Shown in pieces: positions 53,817-63,194 of a stretch of DNA of 64,000 nt. The stretch is from a virus. Every line of letters begins with the position of its first letter. Position 1 is the stretch's first letter. The translations under genes were made by a program, and so were the position numbers. The stretch is from the IMG/VR virus record IMGVR_UViG_3300028625_000001, positions 50,725 to 114,724 of that record; one strand, written 5' to 3'. The notes beneath the pieces are model-generated. The model was given only the letters and a program-made list of their open reading frames with translations, did not search any database and had not been told where the DNA came from.

Positions 53817-54968
53817 TCAGATCAACCTTATAGGCATTATTATCTGCCTGAACCCCGGTACGTCGCTACTTTCAAGCATCATCGGATTACCCGCTTCTAC
53901 GAACTTCATTGTGACCGATTCGGCCTTTTCGCCCTTTAGAAGGTTAAGGGCCTCAATTACGAACTTTGAATTGAAGCCTATTGTAATGTCTTTTCCTTCC
54001 TTTACCCCATCCATGGTCTCTATCATTTCGCCATAGTCGGGGGTGCGCGCAATCAATTTCACTTCTCCATTTATAGCGAATTTGACCATATCTGAACCAA
54101 GCTTCGCTATGGTTTGCATCCTCTTCATTGAATCCAGGAGATCGGTAGCGCTCTCAAGTTCGACGGTGGTATAGACTGTATGGGGGATAACCTTTTTATA
54201 CTCTGGATAATCCGCATCGACAGCTTTTGTCAGAAGCGCCGTCTCCCCACTTTTGAATATTACGCGCTCTCCGTTGCTTTCAATAACCATTTCACTTTCC
54301 AAGAGATCGTTTTTATACAGCTTCAACAATGCGTTAATCGATCTGAGGTTAATCACCACCGATCTCTCCGGTCTATTGCCGGTGTATGCGACAGGCATTA
54401 TATTCATCCTGAACCCGTCGGCACCTACGATCTCGACCATGCCCTCTTCAGTCGCTTCCTGAAAGGCGAAGTATACTGAGTTTAGATTTCTCATAAACTC
54501 GTCTCTCGCCGCCATGGGTGACACCTTTTCGATGGCGGACATGAGTTCTTTAGTGTTCATAACGATGTCTGTCGAGTCTTCCATTTCGGACACGTCGAAC
54601 TCCGGGAACTCCTCTGGGTCCATGTCGGGCATATTAAACAACTTCGTCCTATCCATCTGGAAGGTGCACGTTTCTTCTTTTCTTTCCAGGAGGAATTTAT
54701 CAACCTTTAAACTCTTGTAAGACTCCATTATATTCGTCGTCTGTTTGTGATTGACCACGATCTCTCCCGGGGAATGTACGAAGGCCGGAATCTTTGTGAC
54801 TATTGCCGTTTCAAGATTATTTGCCTTGATGGTGAGGCTGTCTCTTTGCCCGATTAACATAACCCCTTCAAAGATAGGCTTCGTCCCCATTTTACAGACT
54901 GCCCCTTCAACTCCCTTCAATGCCTTTACGAACTCTTTGTAACTGACATGACTTGCCAACATTACCAT
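53817..54968 (-). CDS. dnaN: DNA polymerase III beta sliding clamp, ~383 aa
   Basis: Size, N-terminal pattern (F..ALK.V..A......PIFEGVML......L.I.A..LE.AI) and C-terminal IIMPIRL typical of DnaN. AAGGAG SD. Confidence 0.8.
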   Translation of the reverse strand: MVMLASHVSYKEFVKALKGVEGAVCKMGTKPIFEGVMLIGQRDSLTIKANNLETAIVTKIPAFVHSPGEIVVNHKQTTNIMESYKSLKVDKFLLERKEETCTFQMDRTKLFNMPDMDPEEFPEFDVSEMEDSTDIVMNTKELMSAIEKVSPMAARDEFMRNLNSVYFAFQEATEEGMVEIVGADGFRMNIMPVAYTGNRPERSVVINLRSINALLKLYKNDLLESEMVIESNGERVIFKSGETALLTKAVDADYPEYKKVIPHTVYTTVELESATDLLDSMKRMQTIAKLGSDMVKFAINGEVKLIARTPDYGEMIETMDGVKEGKDITIGFNSKFVIEALNLLKGEKAESVTMKFVEAGNPMMLESSDVPGFRQIIMPIRLI

Positions 54969-55054
54969 CACGCTCCTTAATTGTCAAATAATTGTTTTCT
55001 TAAAAAGGCAGGCAGGGAACAACCAGGGGGTAAGGGCTCCCCGCCCAAAAACCA

Positions 55055-57022
55055 TCACTTCTCGTGGGGGATTATTATTTTCCTTCTCTCTCTTTTCTCT
55101 CCATTGGTGGTTTTCGACACTACCCTTTCTTTTATACCCAACAGGTCCAGGATCTCTTCGTCGATAGTGTCTTGCCCCACCAGGAACCAGGCGGTAACGG
55201 CGTTTTTCTGACCGATTCTATGGGTCCTGTCTATTGCTTGCTCAAGATCGGCCGGTGTCCATGGATATTCAAGGAATAGGACGTTTGACGACGCTGTAAG
55301 GGTTAAGCCTACTCCTCCTGCCTTGATGTTGAGAACAATTATCTTTGTATCTGGATTATTCTGAAAGTCCTCAACGATCTTCTGTCTCTCTATCGCTGGC
55401 GTATCGCCCATTATCTTGCGGCATTTGAACTCTTGGGCGATCTCGTTAACCACCGCCTTATGTGTCGCAAAGACCACAAGCTTTTCGCCAGACTCGATGA
55501 AGTCAGAGATCCATTCCTTGGCTTGCTTCATCTTGCCTTTTGCTGTTAGTTGCTTAAGGGCTTCGATTCTAACCAGATATTCGGCTCTCTCCGCCCTTTT
55601 TTCGGCGTCCATTTGCCATTCTCCCATTCTCCTTTCTCTTTCTTCCCATGGAAGATGAGCAATGCTTTCTAAGAACGCTTTATCTTTCAAGGCGTTGTTG
55701 CCGACCCATTCGATCAAGTCTTTTTCTGCCTGGTCGTATTCTTTGCGGTTATCGATCTCGATCGGCATGGTGACTTTTCGCTTGTCTGGGAGTTCTTTCA
55801 TTACTTCTTTCTTCTCACGTCTGATTAAACAACTCCCGCGGAGTCTTTCGTTGAGTTCTTTAAGGTTTTGTGCGCCGCTTACATCGAGACCAAATCTTGT
55901 ATATTCGGCCCCGCAATATCTTTGTACAAACTGCCAGAATCCTCCGAACTCTTTAAGCCGTCCCATTATGTTTAGTTGACTGACAAGCTCAACCGGTCTA
56001 TTGACGATCGGGGTCCCGGTTAAGAGAAGCCGATATCTAATCTCCTCGACCAGGTTAAGCGCGGCGACGGTCCGCTGTGCCTTCTTATTCTTGAGATAGT
56101 GACTTTCATCAAAAACCACTATCTTAAATCCTATTGCTTTGAGGTCAGGTAATCTCTTCTTCAACATGTCGTAGTTGATAACGACTACCTCCGCCGGATC
56201 TCCCTTCCCGTTCCAGACAGAGATAGACTTATCGGGAGCCCAGGTGTTCCATTCCTTTTCCCAATTGAATTTTAAGGAGGCAGGGCAAACGACCAACGCC
56301 GGGTAAGCTGCCAACTTCTGAATAGTCGCTATTGCCTGGACCGTCTTTCCTAACCCCATCTCGTCAGCTATAAAAACTCTTTCGTTCTTCACAGCGTAAG
56401 CTACCCCGGCTTTCTGGAAAGGATAGAGTTCGAGAGCCAGCCCGGGGACTTCTATTTCCGCGTCGCTGGCCGCCGACGCTTCAAGATTGCTCTCGAACTC
56501 CTCCATTTCCTCTTGCATAGCGATATAAACGTCTTCTGAAACATCGAAGCCATAATTTTGAACGAACTTCGATATCCCTTCTAAATTTTCGGCCAGCTTA
56601 GGAATAGGGACACGCCAAACCTTCTTTTGGCCGTCCCACTTCCGCCCGGGCAATTGCTTGATGGCATCTACCAGCATCGGGTCATAGGGGAAAGAGAACA
56701 CAAACTCATGCCCCTCTATTTCGACAATCTTCTTCTTTATTGCTGTTTGTGTAGAAATGGCTTTCTTTTCGGAGGGCTTTTCTTGGGCCGGGATTTGACT
56801 AAAGTCGATACCGCCTTCTGATAATTGACTCCGATATTTTTTGAGCATTTTGTATGCGATGTATCGCATCTTTGGAGACCAGTTCTCATATGGTTTTTGA
56901 GCAAGTATATGCCCCATATAAGCGTCTCCTCCGTTGAATCCCTGGTGGTCTTTCGACGTTGCTCCGTCGCATCTTGCCGCCAGGAAGTCAATTGCTTCTT
57001 TCAAAAGGCGGTTCTCTGCCAT
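55055..57022 (-). CDS. SNF2-family helicase, 655 aa
   Basis: DEMGLGKTVQAIA, VFDESHYLKN, LLLTGTPIVNRPVEL and QAIDRTHRIGQKN. GAGGAGGG SD. Confidence 0.88.
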   Translation of the reverse strand: MAENRLLKEAIDFLAARCDGATSKDHQGFNGGDAYMGHILAQKPYENWSPKMRYIAYKMLKKYRSQLSEGGIDFSQIPAQEKPSEKKAISTQTAIKKKIVEIEGHEFVFSFPYDPMLVDAIKQLPGRKWDGQKKVWRVPIPKLAENLEGISKFVQNYGFDVSEDVYIAMQEEMEEFESNLEASAASDAEIEVPGLALELYPFQKAGVAYAVKNERVFIADEMGLGKTVQAIATIQKLAAYPALVVCPASLKFNWEKEWNTWAPDKSISVWNGKGDPAEVVVINYDMLKKRLPDLKAIGFKIVVFDESHYLKNKKAQRTVAALNLVEEIRYRLLLTGTPIVNRPVELVSQLNIMGRLKEFGGFWQFVQRYCGAEYTRFGLDVSGAQNLKELNERLRGSCLIRREKKEVMKELPDKRKVTMPIEIDNRKEYDQAEKDLIEWVGNNALKDKAFLESIAHLPWEERERRMGEWQMDAEKRAERAEYLVRIEALKQLTAKGKMKQAKEWISDFIESGEKLVVFATHKAVVNEIAQEFKCRKIMGDTPAIERQKIVEDFQNNPDTKIIVLNIKAGGVGLTLTASSNVLFLEYPWTPADLEQAIDRTHRIGQKNAVTAWFLVGQDTIDEEILDLLGIKERVVSKTTNGEKRERRKIIIPHEK

Positions 57023-57054
57023 TCAATACCCTCCTCTCGTCTTTCTCTAATACT

Positions 57055-57083
57055 AAACTACCATATATTTCTGGTTTTGTCAA
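57055..57083 (-). promoter_or_regulatory. Candidate sigma70-type promoter upstream of the SNF2 gene
   Basis: On the minus strand: TTGACA (57083-57078), 17-nt spacer, TGG-TAGTTT. Confidence 0.4.
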
Positions 57084-57394
57084 GAGGTATATTTAGAATT
57101 TTTGAATATTGACCTCTTTTCTTTTGCCCATCTTTTATAGGTCTCAATAAAGGTTTCAGACCCCAAAATGGGCGCGTCGGGGTCGAATTTCCGGGGAATA
57201 GTCACCGATCTTATAACCTCCCCTTCTTTAGTACACATAAGCCAAAGGGTCTTTGACTTGTTTTGAAGGCAAAAAGACTTTACGTCCAGGGGAAAGACGA
57301 AATAGTTCCTTACCCGCCATTCCTCCCCCATATATCGAACTATATCGTTCAGATCCTTTTGCCATACTTCAGTGACCGTCATGTTTTCTATCAC
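57080..57394 (-). CDS. Hypothetical protein, 104 aa
   Basis: ORF in the co-directional array. GTG start (alternative ATG 57382). Confidence 0.5.
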   Translation of the reverse strand: MIENMTVTEVWQKDLNDIVRYMGEEWRVRNYFVFPLDVKSFCLQNKSKTLWLMCTKEGEVIRSVTIPRKFDPDAPILGSETFIETYKRWAKEKRSIFKNSKYTS

Positions 57395-57410
57395 TCTTCA
57401 CTCTCTCTTT

Positions 57411-58067
57411 CTAGTCTTCAGTTTTTCCTATCTTCATTATTAGAAGATAGTCTTGTTTTTCCTTGAACATCATTTTGCCGATATGCCTAAGCTCTTCCTG
57501 GATATCTTCCGGAACCTGTATATCCTCATCTTCTATCTTCATCCAAAGCTTTCCAATATCGACAAATATAACCATTGTCCCCTCAATAGGCATCATATGT
57601 TGCATTGTTTTGTCAGACTTTGCCATTGCATTGACCTCGAAGAAGTCTACCAGTTTACTTGACAACTGGTTTGAATATAACGCAAGACCCTTGAATTCCT
57701 GATCGTATCTTAAGCCGCCAGGAGATACAGGTTGTTTTTGATAGACTTTGATTTCCTGATAATCTGTCCCCTCAATTTCTTCGATCACAACGATGTATGA
57801 ATCTGTTAGAGGTTCATAATCTTTGATTTGCTTGTGGCTTAGTTGAGTTACTTTGCCCCGTTTACTAATTTCCAAGACTCTTGAGTAATGCTCTGGGGTA
57901 TTATATAGGTTCCTTCGGACCATGTTTTTGTGATCGTCCCAATCCCGGACGCTTTCTCCATACAAAACAAAGCTTCCATCGTCCTCTATTAAGTAACTAA
58001 GTTTATTCCGGAAGAAGTCCAAGACTTTCTTCCATGCAACATCACTCAATTCTATGAATCTACCCAT
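57411..58067 (-). CDS. Hypothetical protein, 218 aa
   Basis: GAGGAGGTTAGAGC SD. Confidence 0.65.
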   Translation of the reverse strand: MGRFIELSDVAWKKVLDFFRNKLSYLIEDDGSFVLYGESVRDWDDHKNMVRRNLYNTPEHYSRVLEISKRGKVTQLSHKQIKDYEPLTDSYIVVIEEIEGTDYQEIKVYQKQPVSPGGLRYDQEFKGLALYSNQLSSKLVDFFEVNAMAKSDKTMQHMMPIEGTMVIFVDIGKLWMKIEDEDIQVPEDIQEELRHIGKMMFKEKQDYLLIMKIGKTED

Positions 58068-58070
58068 GCT

Positions 58071-58301
58071 CTAACCTCCTCTCTCAAGAGAGTTTAATTC
58101 CTCTCTAATCTTTTCTATAGCCTTTTCGGCTTCCTCTTCAGAGGACACCATATCAATTGCTCTTGACTCACCGGTATCTAATCTGGCAAAGATTCCCCAT
58201 AGTTCGTTTCTGTCCTCTGGGGATTCATTTTTCGTTCTTTCCATATAGATTTCATTGATCTTTGAGGTCCTGATCGCCCCGTCTGGGGTTTTTATAAACA
58301 C
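58071..58301 (-). CDS. Hypothetical protein, 76 aa
   Basis: GTG start after GAGGAGGAG. Confidence 0.6.
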   Translation of the reverse strand: MFIKTPDGAIRTSKINEIYMERTKNESPEDRNELWGIFARLDTGESRAIDMVSSEEEAEKAIEKIREELNSLERGG

Positions 58302-58303
58302 GT

Positions 58304-58627
58304 TTACTCCTCCTCTCCTAAGATTGCTTCGGTGTTAATCCCGAACATTTCGTATAGCCAAAGCGTTATGGCCCAACAACGCTCATCGTCTGGTTGCTTG
58401 GCTATTGCCCTTTCGATTATAGCTTTGTTCTTCTCTTTCCAAGCGATGGGAATAACCTGATATAAATTATCCAGGTCTTGGCCATCTTCTGGAACGGCAT
58501 ACCTCATCGCCTGGAAACCCTCAAGGTTGGACAACATACCCTCTCTGATATTTGAGAACAAGTTTATAAGAGAAGGCAAAGCGTTCATTATTATTCCCCT
58601 AGCATAGAAAGTCTCTGGTATAGTCAT
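58304..58627 (-). CDS. Hypothetical protein, ~107 aa
   Basis: ATG 58627 overlaps the upstream TGA (ATGA). Alternative ATG 58588 follows AGGGGA. Confidence 0.5.
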   Translation of the reverse strand: MTIPETFYARGIIMNALPSLINLFSNIREGMLSNLEGFQAMRYAVPEDGQDLDNLYQVIPIAWKEKNKAIIERAIAKQPDDERCWAITLWLYEMFGINTEAILGEEE

Positions 58628-58986
58628 TCCTCCTCTTGTTCGGCCCAATCAACGGACCAGACTTCACGATCGTTTTGTGCATCATCGGCAATAACCCATA
58701 GACTATAAGTATCCAAAGGTCCTGTAATAACAAGCCTATAGACTGCTTCTGCTTCATTCCCTATGGTTTCTTCATCGTACCTGTAGTCGTATACAACGAT
58801 AAGTCCATCATCTACCATCTGATCTATTCGATCATGTAAGACTTTATCCCCAGCTCTGAGATAGTTGAATCCAAAGCCCTCTAGTGCCGAATAAGCCTTC
58901 TGTCTGGAATCCTTGTCTGTACTCTCTAGTGCAAGTCTATGAACTGTCTTTAGCAAGAAATAATTTATTGCCTCTATTTTTGTCAT
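58624..58986 (-). CDS. Hypothetical protein, 120 aa
   Basis: GAGGAGGAATAACG SD. Confidence 0.6.
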   Translation of the reverse strand: MTKIEAINYFLLKTVHRLALESTDKDSRQKAYSALEGFGFNYLRAGDKVLHDRIDQMVDDGLIVVYDYRYDEETIGNEAEAVYRLVITGPLDTYSLWVIADDAQNDREVWSVDWAEQEEE

Positions 58987-58988
58987 CG

Positions 58989-59243
58989 TTATTCCTCCTC
59001 TCCTTCTTTGTCTTCTATCACTCTTGAGAATGCGTATTTAGAGATTTGTATGTGGATAGGGTCAATAAGCAGGGATTCTATTTCTAATTCCCCTATATAA
59101 ACCCCAGGCTGCAAATACTCCATAGCTTCTGCTTCTGTAAAGAATATGCCATGTAAGCGATCATCATCACTAAAAACACCGTCGGGTTGCTCTTCAATCA
59201 CGAAATATAGCTTTGTTATGCCTTCCTTAGTTCTTTCTTCCAT
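58989..59243 (-). CDS. Hypothetical protein, 84 aa
   Basis: GAGGAGGGG SD. Confidence 0.6.
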   Translation of the reverse strand: MEERTKEGITKLYFVIEEQPDGVFSDDDRLHGIFFTEAEAMEYLQPGVYIGELEIESLLIDPIHIQISKYAFSRVIEDKEGEEE

Positions 59244-59245
59244 CT

Positions 59246-59479
59246 TTACCCCTCCTCATAGAGAATTTTGTCCGACCATTCATCAAACTCCTGGTCGGTT
59301 TTGATGCCTAGGTTTTCCTTTAGTTCTGTTATATCTACCGGGTCTTGCCCTACGGTAGATTGTATAGGAGCATTACTTGCCCCTATGGATTCTAAGTGTT
59401 TTATCATTTTCCATCGGCGGGTAGGAATCCCACCGTATACGATATACTCGTTCATATAGTTGCTTAACCTTCTCATCAT
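59246..59479 (-). CDS. Hypothetical protein, 77 aa
   Basis: ATG after AAGGGTAGG. Confidence 0.55.
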   Translation of the reverse strand: MMRRLSNYMNEYIVYGGIPTRRWKMIKHLESIGASNAPIQSTVGQDPVDITELKENLGIKTDQEFDEWSDKILYEEG

Positions 59480-59483
59480 CAAC

Positions 59484-59924
59484 CTACCCTTTCAAGAAGG
59501 TTCTTCCGGCTTCAAAGCTGTAGTATGAACCTTCCCCGATTATCACGTGGTCAATCAGCTTTATTCCAAGCACTTTCCCAGCCTCTCTCATTTGTTCGGT
59601 GATGTTATGGTCCTCTTCGCTTGGAGAGGGGTCGCCGGACGGGTGATTATGGACCAGGATTATGCCTGATGCGTTTGCCAATATCGCTGGTCTAAATACC
59701 TCTCTGGCGTGAAGCAGAGAAGCATTTACAAGTCCTCTGGAGACGTTAGTTATCCCGGCAACGTTTAACTTAACGTCTAGGGCAAATACAAGGACGTTCT
59801 CCTGTGCTTCGCCTTCCAAGATTTCAGACGCTATGTTATACACAACCTCTGGTTCGTCAGCCTTACGGAAATACTCGTAAGACTCTTCACGAACCATCTT
59901 CCAGTTAATCCTTGTTGCCACCAT
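59484..59924 (-). CDS. RadC-like JAB/MPN-domain protein, ~146 aa
   Basis: HNHPSGDPSPSEEDHNITEQMREAGKVLGIKLIDHVIIG is the JAMM motif as in RadC. ATG 59924 lies 8 nt after GAGGAGG (the track start 59954 is possible). Confidence 0.8.
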   Translation of the reverse strand: MVATRINWKMVREESYEYFRKADEPEVVYNIASEILEGEAQENVLVFALDVKLNVAGITNVSRGLVNASLLHAREVFRPAILANASGIILVHNHPSGDPSPSEEDHNITEQMREAGKVLGIKLIDHVIIGEGSYYSFEAGRTFLKG

Positions 59925-59955
59925 CTTATCAACCTCCTCTCTCTCAACTAACATA

Positions 59956-60114
59956 TTATTTGCCCTTTGTCAAATGGCTGATTGTGTTTTTTCTTTGATA
60001 CACAATCCCGCACTTAGGACATATTGCCCTGATCGGCCTCAAGGCTCCATGAACGAATTCGTAGTATGTTTGGAGCCTTGAATTGCATATAGGGCATCTG
60101 TAAATTTCAGTCAT
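59956..60114 (-). CDS. Small zinc-ribbon protein, 52 aa
   Basis: CPICN...CPKCG. ATG 60114 is preceded by GAAGGTGG. Confidence 0.55.
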   Translation of the reverse strand: MTEIYRCPICNSRLQTYYEFVHGALRPIRAICPKCGIVYQRKNTISHLTKGK

Positions 60115-60145
60115 ACAACCACCTTCTTTAACAAGGCTCATAGAG

Positions 60146-60165
60146 GGGGACGTGTAAACGTCCCC
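60146..60165 (-). promoter_or_regulatory. Intergenic stem-loop
   Basis: GGGGACG-TGTAAA-CGTCCCC, flanked by an outer ACAAGG/CCTTGT inverted repeat (60131-60136 / 60175-60180). Confidence 0.5.
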
Positions 60166-60189
60166 TACCATCAACCTTGTTCGCCCCTC

Positions 60190-60510
60190 CTATTCGTGAG
60201 GCTCCACAAGGCTCTTCGCCTTGTGTACGGCCTCGTAATAGTTTTCGTACTGACCCACAGGGTCCAGATCGCTGCTGCTATCACAGCAGAACTCGACCTG
60301 GAATTTGCCGGCCTCAGGGATATACTTTATCCCTGCCCAGCAATCTTCCCCGTCGTAATGATCGACGTATCCATCTAATACGCCGTCACCAGTTTCTGGT
60401 GCTAAGGCTATGACTGGTTTTCCGGCAAAGTCCTGAATCACTTCGCCGATTGTGTCCGGTTCCCCCCAGCCAAGGTAGTCACCGGATTCAGCGTTTACTA
60501 TAACTATCAT
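60190..60510 (-). CDS. Hypothetical protein, 106 aa
   Basis: AAAGGAGAA SD. Confidence 0.6.
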   Translation of the reverse strand: MIVIVNAESGDYLGWGEPDTIGEVIQDFAGKPVIALAPETGDGVLDGYVDHYDGEDCWAGIKYIPEAGKFQVEFCCDSSSDLDPVGQYENYYEAVHKAKSLVEPHE

Positions 60511-60524
60511 TTGCTATTCTCCTT

Positions 60525-60866
60525 TTATGGTTTTTGGAAGCGGGTTACTGCAATTATTTGTCCTGCTTCATTTCTTATGGCCGTAGGCCCTGTATCAGGG
60601 CTTACAACATCTTCTCTCTCTGGGACTCTTGAGGCCACAAGAGATGAGGTAATGTAAATATGATTACCTGTCTTTTGTGGTAGTCCTGTAATTTCCCCAT
60701 ATTCAGTTTTCACTACGGGGATTCCATTCGCATAACCCAATTCCCTTTGTTTAACTTCATATCTTGCGATATTGCCAGATGGTTTTATTCTTACCTCGTT
60801 GTCGTTAACCCTTACCACAATTTCATGCGGGGTAAGGTTAACAAATTCAAACTGTAGTTCGTCCAT
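60525..60866 (-). CDS. Hypothetical protein, 113 aa
   Basis: GAGGAGGTAGATAT SD. Confidence 0.6.
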   Translation of the reverse strand: MDELQFEFVNLTPHEIVVRVNDNEVRIKPSGNIARYEVKQRELGYANGIPVVKTEYGEITGLPQKTGNHIYITSSLVASRVPEREDVVSPDTGPTAIRNEAGQIIAVTRFQKP

Positions 60867-60941
60867 ATATCTACCTCCTCAGAGTTTATAATCACACTTT
60901 TTGCATTAGAGATTGAAAGCGTGACGGTATGTGGCTTCTGG

Positions 60942-61310
60942 TTAGCAGTTTTCTTTCGTAACTCTCTTTCCTTTAATCTCTGTACTCCATGTGAGTCTCT
61001 CTTCTGCTAACTTTACTAAGTAGTAGTTGTCATAGAGCTTGTTTGCCTTATGGACAAGTTTTTGTCCTTTGTAGAAGCGGACCTCACGGACCACTTCATT
61101 ATCGTAATCATGCCTTGTCCATTCTGTGTCGTATTCGAATGTTTCGGCCCCTAAGAATTTTGCCACGTCCATTTCAAGTTCGGCTGCAAGTTTTTCTAGG
61201 GCTTCGGTAGAGGTATCTTCGATCTCTGCGAAGCCGTAATCTCCACAGGCAAGGTCCCATGCTTTTCTGGTCAGCATGGAAGCCAATTTGGAACACTTTT
61301 TGAGCATCAT
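60942..61310 (-). CDS. Hypothetical protein, ~122 aa
   Basis: ATG 61310 lies 6-7 nt after GAAGGAGGG. The longer track ORF reads through an intergenic hairpin (translated as GPGTTPPPGP). Confidence 0.55.
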   Translation of the reverse strand: MMLKKCSKLASMLTRKAWDLACGDYGFAEIEDTSTEALEKLAAELEMDVAKFLGAETFEYDTEWTRHDYDNEVVREVRFYKGQKLVHKANKLYDNYYLVKLAEERLTWSTEIKGKRVTKENC

Positions 61311-61365
61311 TAGCATCCCTCCTTCAAGGTGTATAATCACACTTTTTTCTAAGCCCTTGCTAAGG

Positions 61366-61394
61366 GGTCCCGGCGGGGGGGTAGTACCGGGACC
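61366..61394 (-). promoter_or_regulatory. Intergenic stem-loop (GGTCCCGG/CCGGGACC family)
   Basis: 8-bp GC-rich stem with a 13-nt loop, between the stop at 61426 and the next SD. Confidence 0.6.
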
Positions 61395-61425
61395 ATAAAG
61401 CAAAGGTTCAGAGTTTTTCGCTTTG

Positions 61426-61587
61426 CTATTCCTCCAATGTTTCCTCAATAGCCTGGCGTGCTTTTTCAAGAGGCTTAATTGCGTCCTCTAAACATTCCTT
61501 AATGTCATAACCATCTGTAAGACCCATTGAACTGTTAATCACGTCCTGTGCCTCTTTGATAAAATTCACTGCATCTCTTAAAGTCAT
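61426..61587 (-). CDS. Small hypothetical protein, 53 aa (below the ORF-track cutoff)
   Basis: Hand translation gives MTLRDAVNFIKEAQDVINSSMGLTDGYDIKECLEDAIKPLEKARQAIEETLEE. The ATG lies 4 nt after the upstream TGA and fills an otherwise empty gap. Confidence 0.45.
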   Translation of the reverse strand: MTLRDAVNFIKEAQDVINSSMGLTDGYDIKECLEDAIKPLEKARQAIEETLEE

Positions 61588-61591
61588 TTAT

Positions 61592-61798
61592 TCACACTCT
61601 CCTCCAATCCGGGTGTATAGGTTCTGGTTTGTACTTTCTCCATCGGTCACACTTACTTATGCTAAGTGCACTTTTCTTATGAACCATGCAGATACCGACG
61701 TTTAGAATATCAGGTCGGGCTCGTCTGATTGGTTCATATTTGCCGCCTTGCTTCGCCTTCCAGGCGTTGCAGGTTAAGCAGATTTTCCTATCGGTCAT
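61592..61798 (-). CDS. Small Cys-containing protein, 68 aa
   Basis: GAGGTAAAGGA SD. Contains CLTC...C..H....C. Confidence 0.55.
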   Translation of the reverse strand: MTDRKICLTCNAWKAKQGGKYEPIRRARPDILNVGICMVHKKSALSISKCDRWRKYKPEPIHPDWRRV

Positions 61799-62273
61799 TG
61801 TCCTTTACCTCGTCCAAATATGTGTTCAGTTTGTCAACCAGTTCTTCATAGAAAGCATCGAAGGTCTTGACCTTCTTTGCTATTTCTCTAAGGTCCTCAA
61901 TCTCAATTTCCTCATCTCTTTCGTCTATAACCGGGACCGGATAGTAATACTTTCTGGTTTCATCCCGCCTTCTGTCATACTCTGTGCTCTCTGTGTATAG
62001 TTCTATATGTCCCCCGGACCTTCCGGTCTGGAAAATCTTCAGGGGACGGTTTTCTTTCTCGAATTTACTTACTAAATGCTCGAAGTACGCGAAAACTTCA
62101 TCGAAATACTTATAAGCCTTGTCACGGTTCCTGGCTTTGATTACGTCCCGAACCCTTACGTCATGGGCATATGCTTGCGGCGTATTAAAATCGCCGTGTT
62201 TCTTATGTTCTATGAGGAATTCAAACATTGAATCCCTCTTCCTCAAATCAACGTCCATAAGCATATCAGGCAT
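61788..62273 (-). CDS. Hypothetical protein, 161 aa
   Basis: GAGGAGGAAAGAAC SD. Confidence 0.6.
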   Translation of the reverse strand: MPDMLMDVDLRKRDSMFEFLIEHKKHGDFNTPQAYAHDVRVRDVIKARNRDKAYKYFDEVFAYFEHLVSKFEKENRPLKIFQTGRSGGHIELYTESTEYDRRRDETRKYYYPVPVIDERDEEIEIEDLREIAKKVKTFDAFYEELVDKLNTYLDEVKDNDR

Positions 62274-62290
62274 GTTCTTTCCTCCTCTCT

Positions 62291-62920
62291 TTATCTACCC
62301 TCTATTATGTTAAAGAGGGTTACAATTAACTCTTGGCCAAATTTCTTACCTTCGATGGTCCCGGTCCAGAACGGTTTGCTGTCTATAGTAATGCTTGCGT
62401 TTACACCGTTCTCAGCTCCTCTTGTTTGTATGTCTATGGTCCTTCCTTTCCAATCTAGGAATCCGATATCATAATTTCCAATATGCCGGTAATCCTCGTC
62501 AAGTTCTTCTTTATCTTTGAGAAGTGCATAATCATATTCTTTGAGTTTTGTTTGTCGCCCGATAACTGCATCGGGTGAAACATGGACACCAACATAGTAA
62601 CTAGCATCGTGATAATCTGCTTCGCTTATAGTTTCTTGTCGGTTCCATTGGTTTGCTATCTCCTCGATTCTCTTCTGTAGTTCTAGGTATTCTTCTGAAT
62701 ACCTTATCCTTCCAGTATTTGCCCTACTGTTAATTATCAGTTCTGAATAGGGCATCTTGTTTATGGTGATTCTAATAGACCTACTCAAAGAGGTTTTCTT
62801 TGACGTTACCCCGACCGTTACCCCTTCGAGGCTGTTGTTTATTTCTTCTTTGATAAGCCTAGCAATTTCTGTAATACTTGCTGGTCTTTCTTTATACCGT
62901 GTTCCCTCGAATACGGCCAC
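62291..62920 (-). CDS. Hypothetical protein, 209 aa
   Basis: GTG start 6 nt after GAGGAGGGG. Confidence 0.6.
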   Translation of the reverse strand: MAVFEGTRYKERPASITEIARLIKEEINNSLEGVTVGVTSKKTSLSRSIRITINKMPYSELIINSRANTGRIRYSEEYLELQKRIEEIANQWNRQETISEADYHDASYYVGVHVSPDAVIGRQTKLKEYDYALLKDKEELDEDYRHIGNYDIGFLDWKGRTIDIQTRGAENGVNASITIDSKPFWTGTIEGKKFGQELIVTLFNIIEGR

Positions 62921-62921
62921 G

Positions 62922-63179
62922 TTATCCCCTCCTCAGAGCCCCGTTGAAGGACTCTTCCAGTTCCCGGACCTTTTCTTTTGCTTCTTTCCGACTAAAAGCC
63001 AGGACTTTGCCTTTGTCGGCTTTTATGATAGCGTTCTCAGGTTTCGGACCGCCAAATCTAAGTGGTATCCAGTTCCCATCATTATCTATTGCTAGGTAGT
63101 CCCAGCGGCCCCTTCCATCGCCGCCGTTATACACGAATTTCTCAAGCTTTCCTTTGTCGTTTAACTTTTTCCAATCCAT
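62922..63179 (-). CDS. Hypothetical protein, 85 aa
   Basis: GAGGAGGGATAGAAC SD. Confidence 0.6.
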   Translation of the reverse strand: MDWKKLNDKGKLEKFVYNGGDGRGRWDYLAIDNDGNWIPLRFGGPKPENAIIKADKGKVLAFSRKEAKEKVRELEESFNGALRRG

Positions 63180-63194
63180 GTTCTATCCCTCCTC

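Noticed and set aside
54972-55054. GC-rich segment after the SNF2 gene as another member of the hairpin family or a terminator
   Set aside because: Several alternative short G/C pairings are possible, but there is no single clean stem and no U-tract. I could not support a specific structure by hand.
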